A stretch of 50,921 nt of DNA, counting the filler, from Jimgerdemannia flammicorona (Eukaryota): assembly GCA_003990765.1 (NCBI GenBank). It is 2 parts of 2 records of this genome, joined end to end, with 100 filler letters (N's around TTAATTAATTAA, not from the genome) between each part and the next. Parts side by side here need not be neighbours in the genome. Positions count along the whole stretch, not along the records: positions 25,513 to 50,921 come from RBNJ01000837.1; 1 more part is not named here. One strand, given 5' to 3'. Numbering within the stretch: the first letter of the stretch is position 1; every line of letters starts with the position of its first letter. The notes beneath the pieces were generated by a model that was not told where the DNA came from, did no database searches, and saw only the letters and a list, made by a program, of their open reading frames with translations. Shown piece by piece: positions 37,000-47,704 of this stretch. The translations under genes and the position numbers were made by a program.

Positions 37000-39900
37000 G
37001 GTTACACAGAGTTGGGTGGTCTTAACTCCAGGGATGAGCAGAATGTCAGCACATTTGTGAGGACTGGCCATTCTTGTCTAGGGCGAGGGCTCTCATAGTT
37101 ATAGCTGGGGGTTCGAACCCATCGGAAATAGTATTTCTTGTAATCTGAGGCAATTTCTTAGTAATAATGTCTGTCACATGGATGGGCTTGAATCTGGTTC
37201 CAACATTGTTGGCTTTCTTGAGTTCTGAGTGAAATGTCTATCATATCTCCAGTAGAGATGACACAGACAGAGTGAACAGGATTGTTCAAATGTATTTTAC
37301 TTCTCTTGAGTAGTAGAGTCTTATGTGGTTGTAGTGTATCTTGGTCTTGAGTATAACTCCATCCAAGGTCTTGAGTTGATAAGTGTAGTTCGAGAATACT
37401 TAGTGTATGAGATAGGGGCCTTCCCATTTTGGTTCAAGCTTGGCACTCCAATTTCCTTCTATGATGGTACGGTATACCAGAACCTTTTGTCCAATGAGCA
37501 GGGGTTCGAGGTTGGCTTTGCAGTCGTAGTACCTCTTTTGTTGTTCTTGTGCCTTGGCGATAAATTCTCGTGCTTGCTGGCATATGTCATGTAACCGAGT
37601 GATCTCTTCTGTAACTCATTTTGACAGATCTAGCTGGACTGTTTCAGTAGGATCTTGTGCTTCTCAGCCATACACCAAATAGAAGGGGGTCTGTTGGGTA
37701 GTGGTTGCCTTAGAGGTACGGATGCTGAACAGAATTGCCGGTAGATAGATATCCCAGTTTAGTTGATCTCTGGTTCTACTGAGACCTCGCTTGATGGTCT
37801 GGTTCATTCATTCAGTAAGTCCATTTGCCTGTGGGTAGTAGGCTGTTGTTGGTTGTAGCTTGATCTTGAAGTTGCTCGCAAAGGTCTTCATGGCTTGGTT
37901 GATGAATTCTCGGCCTTGGTCTGTAATGATTTCCTTGGGCACACCATGGTGGCTGAAAATTTCATCATACAGGATCTCAATAATTGTCTGGGCATTTGTA
38001 GTCTCAATGGTGAAGGCTTCAGGCCATTTTGTCAAGTGGTCTTTGATAGTGAGGATGTAGCATCTTCCTCAGCTAGTTGCTGGTAAGGGTCCAATAATAT
38101 CTATTCCCAGTCTTTGAAAGGCTCCAGCTAGTACTACAATCAGTATTAATGGTGCTCTATCAGTAGGTTTTTGTCAGTATCTTTGGCAGATATCACATTA
38201 TTGAATGTGTGTTGAAATTTGTTTTCTCATCTTAGGCCACCAGTATCGCTTCTTGATTCTTGCAATTGTGGTGCCAATTCCTCGGTGTGCATTTTGGTCA
38301 TAATTTGTTGTCAGGATCTTCAATATTTCTTCCTCTCTTGGAACTCGGGTGTACTGCTCTCCTTCTACTCTCCAAAGTTTGCCATTGCCTTCTTGGAATT
38401 TCTTGAAATTTCTTTGGATAAACAACTTGTAGGCTGGTTGGATTCCTTTCTTGAAGCTTCTATGGTGTAGACTCCAGGTGAGGGTGAGGTGCAATTCTTG
38501 GTTCATTTGGGTGAGCGGGAAGCAGCCTTCTCTTGTGGGGACTCCTTCCCTTCTTGTTGGTTTTACGGGATTCTTGACAGGGTATTGACATTGGAATTTT
38601 TAGCACCTTTCTTGTAGACAATAGTGAACTAATTCTTGCAGAGATATGATCCATCTAGCGAAGATTCCTGAGGGCTCTGGCTTATTGAACAACTATTGTA
38701 GAGCTTGATGGTCAGTGATGAGGGCAAATCTCTTTCCCAAGAGATAGTGTCGGAAGTGGTCCACACCCCAAACTACTGCTAGGTATTCCAACTTAGTGGC
38801 TCCATAGTTTGCTTGTGTTTCATTTGTGGTCTTGCTAGCATATTCAATAACATGCTCCCTCTTCTGGTCATCTTGCTGAGACAGAATTGATCCAAGTCCT
38901 AAGGCTGAGGCATCAGTTGCCAGGATGAATGGTTTGCCAAAGTCTGGTCACACCAGGACAGGGGCTTCGGTAAGGGCCTTCTTGAGACTTTTGTTGTTCT
39001 TCTTTCCAGTAGAATGGTTGGTCCTTCTTGGAGATATCTTGGAGAGATACTGCCTTATCTGAAAACCTTGGGATGAATCGTTGATAGTAGGATACCAGCA
39101 TAAGAAAAGATAGGGTCTCCTTTACTGAGGTTGGGGTTGGGTAGTTCTTGACTTTCTCCACTTTGCGGGAGTCAGTATGTGTTCCTTGAGCTGAGACAAC
39201 ATATCTCAGATATTTGACTTGATGTTTTCCAAAGAAGTACTTCTTGGCATTGAGTCTGAGTCCTGAATTTCGAATAGTATTGAATACTGCGGAGGTCTTG
39301 CAAATGCTGCTTGAATGTCTCAGAGTAGATGATTACATCATCTATGTACACTAGTACATTTCTTCCAATGAGGTCCCGGTAGACATAGTTCATCATTCGT
39401 TGGAATGAGGTGGGTGCATTGCAGAGTCCAAAGGGCATTCATAGGTATTCATACTGTCCTCTTCTGGTGATGAAGGCCATCTTGCAGATATCTTCTTTGG
39501 CAATAGGTATTACTTGGAATCCTTGGAACTAGTTGGTAGTGGTCATGTATTTGGCTTTTCTGAGGGCATTGATGAGGTCATCAATTCTAAGCAGTGGGTA
39601 GGTATCTTCTGTAGTGACTTTGTTGAGTTTTCTGAAATCCACAACTAATCTCCATCCTCCTTTCTTTGGTACTATGATTGCTGGTGAAGCCCAGGGGCTT
39701 GATGATGGTCTGATGACTCCATTTCATAGCATTTCATCTATGTGTTGTTGTTCGAATTCAATCAGATGATGTGGTGTTTGGTAGAGTCATTGTCGGATTA
39801 GTCTTGCATCTCCAGTATGTATAGGGTGTTCTCCATATTGATATGGTGGGAAGTTATCATATGTGGTGGTAAATATATCTTTGTACTCCTCTATCAACTC

Positions 39901-42900
39901 CTGTATCTGTTGTTGCTGGTCCTTAGTTAGAGTTGTCTCGATGTCGATGGCTTTGATTGCTGAATTTGCTGAGTCTTCCTCCCTAGTACCATCAGTCTCA
40001 CCAGAGAGGACTTGCCATTTCCCAAGAATTTGAAGACTTCTTCCTTATAGGTGTCTATCAGTGGTTTGAAATATCCTAGTGTTGTTCCCTTGGGAATAGT
40101 TATCACTTTCAAGCCCAAGTTTCTGATAGGGATGTGGATCAGTGACATCTGGTCATAAATTTGTTCTTCAGCCAGGAGGATGTGGTATTTCTTTTGAAGC
40201 TCCAGTGATAGTGCAAATATCAAGTTGTTTGCTTCTACTGGTAGATGCACATCTAGGCCTTTTTGCTGGTAGGGCTGCAGGAGGATGTCTTTTCTTGCTC
40301 AGATTGGGCAGCAGATGTGGGGTCTCATTTGTCGGAATTGAGCAACTGTTGCTAAATGAATCTCGATAGATAGTGTTCATGGATTTCTATTGGTGCTTCC
40401 AAAGCCTCCTTGTCCTCTATTGGTATCTTCTAGTTGGTCTACCTCTTGGATGGTCGGCTGTAATGTCTTGATAAATAGGATTTGGCAGATGGCTTCCATA
40501 GGACTGAAGAATCAGCTGGTTCTACTAGAATTGTGAATAATGGCCTTCAAGGGACCTCGGTAGTCCTGATCGATGACTCCTCCTTCTACTGTGACTCCTT
40601 TGGTTGCTAATGAGGATCTTGAGGCCAATTGTCCATAATACCCAGGTAGTATAGCGAGTGCAATCTGTAGGTCAAAAATCCTGGTACTTCTGGGTTGGAT
40701 TCTTGCTTGGTAGGAGAGGCAGAGGTCATAACCAACTGATCCTTCTGTTTGTGCAAGAGGTGGCTGTGCCTAGGGTGAAAGCAGCTTGACCTGGATAATT
40801 GGTTGAGCTTTGAGAAATAGCACTTCAGCTGTTGCCATTGTAGGTGAGAAGTCCATATGCTCCAGTTTGAAGAAAGGTCAGTGAGCTCCTGTCTTTGAGT
40901 TTCTTGTATAATTGAATCCAGTCTTTTCTAGAGGGTCCAGAGCTTCTATAAGGATGAAGGCAAGATTGATACCTTCTTTTTCTTGATGAGGGTGCAGTAC
41001 CAGCGAATGATGGCAAGAACTTCCAATGGTAGGTCCCAGATAGAGGTCTTGCTCTTGAACTTGCAATCTCCTTCATTGTTGATTTCTTTGCACTTCCGAC
41101 AGGTCCAGAAAATTCAAAGTTCTTGCAGGGTAGGATCCTTTCTCTTGACTTGGCTCTTGTAGACATCTTCGCTGAGGTGAACATCTCGATGTTCACACCA
41201 GTGGCAGGTAAAGGTCTTTCCACAATCACAATGTCCCTTCTTGACAAAGTCTTCATTTCACTATTTGACTTCCCTACTGGTAGGGAATCTCTTCCGATAC
41301 TTATCATAGGTGGGCTGTGTGATCTGGAGGGCCCGGGTGATAGTATAAGAGCTGCTGCTTTCTCCTTCGATGGTAAGGGACTCGTATGTTTGGCAGGCGA
41401 GGATCTTCTGTCCTCCCTTATAGGTCTTCTTGAAGGTCTTCAGGGTTGGAGGTTGTATTCGACTGTGGGATGGTGCTTACTTCAATTCATCCTTATCATC
41501 AATTTCTGGCATTGGAACCTTCTTGAGATCCAGGATTCAGCAATTGCTGCAATCATCTCTTAGTGAGTGGAAGCTGATGAAATGTTTACATATGCCTTGA
41601 CAAAAGGCTCGCATGATCCGATTTTCTACCAGTGGTGGTGGTGGTTGAGCAGATGGTCCTGCAAACTCAAGTGCTGCCCTTGTATTAATGGCTCTATCAA
41701 TGCTTTCTTCCAGACCTTCAACACCAATAACTCTAATGAAAGAGTCTTCTTGTTTGCTTTCTTGGTCCCTTGGGGCATCAAAATCACTTCCTAATTCTTA
41801 TAGGAAATTGGCCTCACTTTCATCCTCAGTAGTAGTGGGGGTGTTGCCATGTCCTTGCCATTCTGTTTCTGAGGCTTGATTCGTCCTTTTGGATAATCCT
41901 TTCGAGTCAATGGGCACCTTGTGCTTCTGTCCATGAATGGAGAAGACCAGGAGTTGTTTCTTGATATCTACATTGGCTCCAACTCGGCTTAACCAGTCAG
42001 TTCCCAGGATCAGGTCATAGGAGGTTGCAGGGGTCATGACAGCTTTGGGTACATTGAGGCAGGCCTTTCCGACTTGAATGGGGATGTCTCTGACAAGTCC
42101 AAGGGGTGTGGAAGCTGATCCGTTGGCCATAATAACTCTTGCTTTGGTTCCTTCATCTATTCCCCATCCAATTCACTCCAACATCCTTTGGGTGATGATG
42201 CATACTGCTGCTCCAGTATCAACGAGAATTCTGGCATTTTCACCATGTACTTTTCCATTGGCGAGTCTTGTAGATTGATGTTCATATCACTGGCTCTCAT
42301 GGGCTGTGTGGATAGTGCTAGGTTATTGAGTGTGTGGTCCTTGGACTGGAAGTCTCTTGGTATCTTCCTTGGCTTCTTTCAGGAATTTTCGCCTGACCTC
42401 TAGTGCATTCTTGAGGACTTGCTCAACTGTAAGACCAGCATTCTGTAGGCGGATATGTTCCCAAAGTGAGGCTGCTGCATGGGGCTTGCTGCTTCTTCAG
42501 TGTCTTGGTCCCTTGGGGTATAGTCTCTCATTCCTGATGGGCATTTCATCAGCTGAAGATTCTATGCTCATATGCTCATCTTCTTCAAGGTCTGGCAGGG
42601 TAGAGCTGGGGGTTGTCCTAGATGGTCCGGCTTCTAGTTCAGGAGTATCTCTTCTAACTCACTTCTCCTGTTCTTGTGGAGTATCTGAAGAAGAATGGCC
42701 ATATCGCAGATGCTTGCCTGTGGATATTGTTACTGGCAGTTGAGGTGGGGGTTTCTTTGTGATCTTCCTCATCCTCTGGTCTCTGTGGGGGCAGCTTCCT
42801 ATGTCACCTTGGATGGGAAAGCCTCGAAGTATAGGTAGATGTCATCTTCTTGACCATGGAGCCAGGCTGCTTCTTCTTCCATCTCCTGAGTCTCTTCATC

Positions 42901-44751
42901 TACCTGAAAGAGGTTGACATTTCTGTCATTGGACTGGGTGGATTGGTTTCTTGGACAATTCCTCTGGATGTGGCCTTGATTTCCGCAGTTGAAGCAGGTG
43001 GGACCATAGGAACCAGTCACTGATGAGACTGTAGTTGCAGCTGGTAGTGTGGGGGCAGGACCTCTGTTGTCTTGTTGCTGGTAGTCTGGTCTGTTATCAT
43101 GACAGTAGTCTTGTTGTCTTCTACCTTGGTTTTTCAGCTGGGCAACTGCGATGGCCAGGTCCTTCATTTGCTTGGTGAGTATTGTCATGGGGTCTTCTTG
43201 AACTCTTGATGGTGGCTGCTGCTGTGGTTGCCTAAATGGAGTCAGATTTGTGGGTGCTAGTCTGTTCTTATAGTTGGCTATCTGGGCTCTGAGGAAGGCA
43301 TTCTCTTGCTCCATGGTTGTTCCTCGGGTCCTTGGGGTTTCAGCTCAGATTGGCTCATGATAGTCTTGTACTTGTTGTACTGGTCTATAATCTGCTTTCC
43401 AACATCCTTGTGCTCCAGCAACTTGCTGTTCAATGTTTCAATATCCCATCCTGATAACTTGCCTTCGGAGTTCTGAGTATAAGCCATTGAGGAAGGTAGT
43501 TGAGGCTAGAGCCAGTTGGACTGCTGGTTGAAGATTTGTCTTGATCATTTGAGCTTGAATCCAATGGTAGAAACTCTTGGGAGTTTCATTGGCAGCTTGG
43601 CTCATATAGGTCAAAGCCTCCTATGCTTCTTGTTGGCACTCGAATCCATTGAACTGGGCATGGAGCCAGGCTTTGTGAATCATGTACCTTGCTACATGGT
43701 TTCTATCAGATTGAAGGCCATCATTCAGTTCCTCTGCATGGATTCCTCCTCCGGCTTGCTTGGCTTGATTATACCTCTGTAGGGCTGGTCCTCTCAGGAG
43801 TGACTCCACAATTCTGAGTTTTCTTGCAGCATCCCATTGTTTGGCAGCTGCTTGAACTTCAATTTCTCCAAAGAATTTCTTGATGTCTTCATTGTCTGCA
43901 CCATGGAACTTCTGAAGGTAGCTCATGTCTGGCTTGTCTTCACTATCTGAGTATTGTTCAGGGGTAGGGGATCTGGCAGATCCTTGAGGTGATGGGGAAG
44001 GTGGTGGTGCTAGTACTTGATGAACTAGTGATGCTGGCAGAGGGTGGTATCTTGGTGAGGGTGAGGGTAATCTGGCTCTTCTAATTAATGCTGGGGTTGA
44101 AGTTCTGGGTAGTGGTGGAGATCTTCTGATTGACTAGTGATAGTGGCAAGGTGTGAGTGACCAGGGTACTGAAGTTCGAGCAACTGATGGTGGGAGTGGA
44201 CTGATATAACTGATAGTGAGTTCGTCTGCCCCTTGCTGTTGTGAAGTAGTGAGGTCTTGTTTGCCTTGTTGTGAGTTTGTGTTACTGTCTGGATAATAGT
44301 GTAGGTTGAATTCGTCTCTTTGATGGTCTGATCCCCAATCGTCGTCTTGCTCTGGTTGATATGGATGGTAGTCCTCTTCTCCTTCTGATGTTTCAAAGTA
44401 TACCCGGTCCAGTAGAGTGACTCAAGTAATGACAGTAGTTATGTAGTCACTTCTGTCTGAGTTCATCCTATGGATAAGAGTCTGATACTTCTCGGGAATA
44501 TTCTCTTCTTCTTCTTGGTCTAAGTCTTGGATCTGAAGGAGTGGTTCTGGTTGTCCTCTGAGTTGTCTCCTTTCTCTTGAAGTCAAACCGTAATCTGGGT
44601 CACTTCTTTCTTCTGATTCAATTTTCTGGCTACAGGTGTTAAATAGGGTCCTGGCTACTGTTCTGACAAGGGTGTGGGCTTTCTTTTCTACTGAGGAGGG
44701 CTGTTGCTGACCCTGGTTTGGTTGCTGACTTGGTCCTGCTAAGTTCTCCAC
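37000..44751 (-). pseudogene. Gag-Pol with many CGA>TGA/CAA>TAA-type stops; ends approximate
   Basis: KFHGADNEDIKKF gag; CFNCGNQGHIQRNC knuckle; ILVDTGAAV protease (~42205-42232); dUTPase SVGYDL/ASRSSL/GGVIDQDY/GGFGST (~40390-40800); MPFGLCNAP and VYIDD RT; integrase IITDQGREF and QANGLTE. Confidence 0.93.
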
Positions 44752-44800
44752 TGTAGATAGCTGGGTTCTTGAGCCAAATGGTCAAGTCTTTTGAAAACTT

Positions 44801-44817
44801 TCTCAGTTGAGCCCCCA
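44801..44817 (-). promoter_or_regulatory. Primer binding site, probably tRNA-Pro
   Basis: TGGGGGCTCAACTGAGA next to the 5' LTR resembles the tRNA-Pro PBS (TGGGGGCTCGTCCGGGAT in MLV) after CpG decay. Confidence 0.7.
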
Positions 44818-44820
44818 AAA

Positions 44821-46952
44821 TGTAGCATGCAGTTTGTATCTCTAGTTGCTTCAAGCACGGCTCAATGTGCTACTTGGTGGAGCATGCAGTATATAACTGA
44901 GTGCATTTGCGATGGTTGCAGGTTGATGGTCATGTGATCGGTTCGTCCAATTTATATGGTGGAGGCTCAGTTGTTTAGTAGTTGATGAATTTTCCTAGTG
45001 GCAAATTACTTCTTGAACATATATAGTTCATGGCGCAGTGGGTAAAAGGGAAACTCGTCTATCTGACTTGTTAGGTGAATGACGATGGTGCTGGCTTTCC
45101 TAAGCTAAGTATCCTTGGGTTCCTTGGCTGGGGTCTTAACACTTGAATGGCAGGTCTCGAATATGCGGTCTTGAACCTCAAATGGTGGTTGGTTCTGAAT
45201 GCACGGTGGTCGGGTCGAATGTACAATGGTTGGGCTGGCGGGATCTCAGTGGCAGTTGGCAGTTTTTATGTGGCTTTTCCTTTAGTGGTGGATCTTTAAA
45301 CTGAACTGAATGGCTTTTCATATGGCTTTCCTTAGTGGTGAATCTTGAATGTTTTCCATGGCAAGAGAAAATTCTTTAACTCAAACCTCGAGCAATTGTT
45401 GCTCTAGTTATCTTGTTCTCAGAATTTATCTGGTCTCTTGGAGGCAGTGAGGTTTCTTTGTAATCCTTTTTACTTTTAAACACAAACTGACTGAGGTTTA
45501 TTCACTCTAAGATATAGGGTTATTTATACAAATTTGCTAGCTATAGGGGGGACTAAGGTATACTACATTGTGGTGGTTTAATTGCTGAATATGGGTGTGA
45601 CAATTGTTTGCACCGAATTGAGATAAGATGAGTGCTAGTGCTGGATATGGATGTTGTGGGTGGTATCGCTGAAAACAGATGTTGCAATTGTTTGCACTGA
45701 ATTGGAATAAGATGAGTGCTAGTGCTGGATATGGATGTTGTGGATGGTATCGCTGAAAACGGATATTACTGACTTGCTGACAAATGTTGGCTGACTGGAC
45801 TGAGAAAACAGACATTGGATCACTGAATGGTAAAGTACCCTTCATCAGTGATCCAATCATCTTGCTGGGTTATGACTTCTTCATCCTATTCTTCAAAGAG
45901 TGGGAGCACCAGCCAGGAGGTGAGGGGGTAGAATTGTGGCCAATCATCTTCGATGACATTCTCCAACCCTTAGACTGCTTGAAGGTGGACAGAGGATTGG
46001 TAGATTCTTTGTTCCTCCTCTTCTTCTTCCTCAGATCCTTCAGTTTTTGTATTGGTAGGGACTTCTAGGACTTCTTGATTTGGTTCCCAAACAATGAGGT
46101 GCGAATTATAGCTGACAGGGTGGTAAGTAGTTGGGTTTACTCCAACAGGTGTTGTAATGGTAATGGGTGGTCCTTCAAAGATTTCCATGAGACTCATTAG
46201 GTGACCTTGATAGTTGTCTCAGAGTGGAGTGGTGTGAAAGCCTGGTTGAGTGGGCTTGGTTTGTTGGCTTCCTACAGTGACCCGGTTACTACCAATAGAG
46301 TCAGCTACTTCTGATTCTATCCAGTCTGCATCTTCAGTTGAGAGATGGGCAAGACTTCCAGCAGTCACTCCTTGTAAGTATACTATAGCCCAGGGAATAG
46401 GGCAGAAGATTTGGTAGACATAGAGGGCTCTCTTGATTAGCCAGCTGGTGGTTAACATTTCGGCAATGAGGTCTTTCTGATCACCTTCTTGGGTTTCATT
46501 ACAAAGGCAGTATCCAATTTCATAATCATGCCAGAGGGTCATTTGTTTAGTGGTATCTTTAAGCTATTGGGTCATTATATACCGGTAATTGATGAAGTGT
46601 CCAAGATCCTCAGTGTAGAAGTTCAGATGTTCAGAGATGTCTGGGCACCAAATAGCCTTTTTGATAGCTTCAAGGATTAGAGTCTTTGGGCCAGGCAAGG
46701 GGGAAGAGTGGCGGGAGGTCTGGTTGGGGCAGCGGATAGGAGGCATTGTGTGGTGGGTACTTGTTCTTTGGTGCTGATTCCTGAGGCAGAGTATGGTTCT
46801 TTAAATAACATAGTCTTCCTTTTGGCTCAGATTATCATTGCTCCTTTTGGGGTAATCACCTAATGGGTCAGGCTGTCTATTCGATTGTCATGCTATTATG
46901 TCGTCTGATCTTAGCAGTCACCGGTACTCTATTGTCAATTGCATATATCATA
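44821..46952 (-). repeat. 5' LTR (2132 bp)
   Basis: Direct repeat of 34858-36960 with the terminal CA mutated to TA. TATAAATA at 45521-45528 and AATAAA at 45497-45502 on the - strand. Confidence 0.95.
45830..46746 (-). pseudogene. LTR-encoded accessory protein, 5' LTR copy; 3' end approximate
   Basis: ATG at 46746 with TATTTAAA at 46800-46807. ORFs 46564-46746, 46219-46542 and 45970-46197 are one frame broken only by TAG/TGA/TAA stops that each need a single C>T change. Confidence 0.72.
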
Positions 46953-47139
46953 CTATATTTAATTTAAAACTCAAATTAAATTAAATTTTTATTTAATTTA
47001 AATATTTTAAATTAAATCAAATTAGGATTAATTTAATTTGGTTTAATTTGATCTAAATACTAATATTAGTATAATTAGAATATAGTTTTTAGAATTTAAA
47101 TTTCAAAATAACATTATAATTTTAAATTAATTTTTATAG

Positions 47140-47540
47140 TATAATATAGCAGATATATACTAGCAGAAGTATAGAAGTTCTCAGATACAGAAGTAAGTAA
47201 GTTCAAAGTATATCTGTCTGCAGACTTACTAGTTTCTTATCTTTTTGCTTGAACTATTTCAATCTGAGATTTATTCACTCTTAAATATTAGAGATATTTA
47301 TACAATTTTACTAGCTATATAGTAATTAAGTTAGAACTGCTTTTCCTATGAGTCATTTTATATAATTGAGAGATCTGTATATTTGTATAATCTGTATAAT
47401 TGTCAGTTTTGTATAGCTAAGAGAATTGTACAACTGAGAGATCAAGTGACTGCTAACTATATACTATACTATATCAGGAATCAGATTTAGATATCATGAT
47501 CCCTCTGATTGTTATTCCTAATTCAGATCAACTATCAATA
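47140..47540 (-). repeat. Solo LTR of the 23888-24374 / 34038-34488 family
   Basis: The reverse complement matches GAGTGAATAAATCTCAGATTGAAATAGTTCAAGC and the terminal CTGCTATATTA(C/T)A. Confidence 0.8.
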
Positions 47541-47704
47541 GTTATTAATTATATAATATTTTCAATATAACTATTTGTAAATATAAAATGCAACAATACA
47601 ACTATTTGAAGCATGAGCTAAAATGATAACTATTGTAATATGACGTATGAATTGATGCTAAAAAAAAAAAAAACACTATTCAAATTGCAATCAAAACTAT
47701 TCAT

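Larger units (their letters stand above)
34858..46952 (-). mobile_element. Complete 12.1-kb Ty3/Gypsy element with ~2.1-kb gene-containing LTRs and dUTPase, inactivated
   Basis: LTRs at 34858-36960 and 44821-46952. 4-bp TSD CTAT (34854-34857, 46953-46956). PBS TGGGGGCTCAACTGAGA. Purine-rich tract AAGAGGCAGA at 36961-36970. Order gag-PR-dUTPase-RT-RH-INT; no chromodomain seen. Confidence 0.95.

Noticed and set aside
37105..37125. GGTTCGAACCC, a tRNA T-loop/B-box-like motif
   Set aside because: No cloverleaf can be formed around it, and it sits in the integrase C-terminal region.
47659..47673. Poly-A run beside the BTB-SPRY gene suggesting a retrocopy
   Set aside because: It is poly-T on the gene's strand and the gene has an intron.
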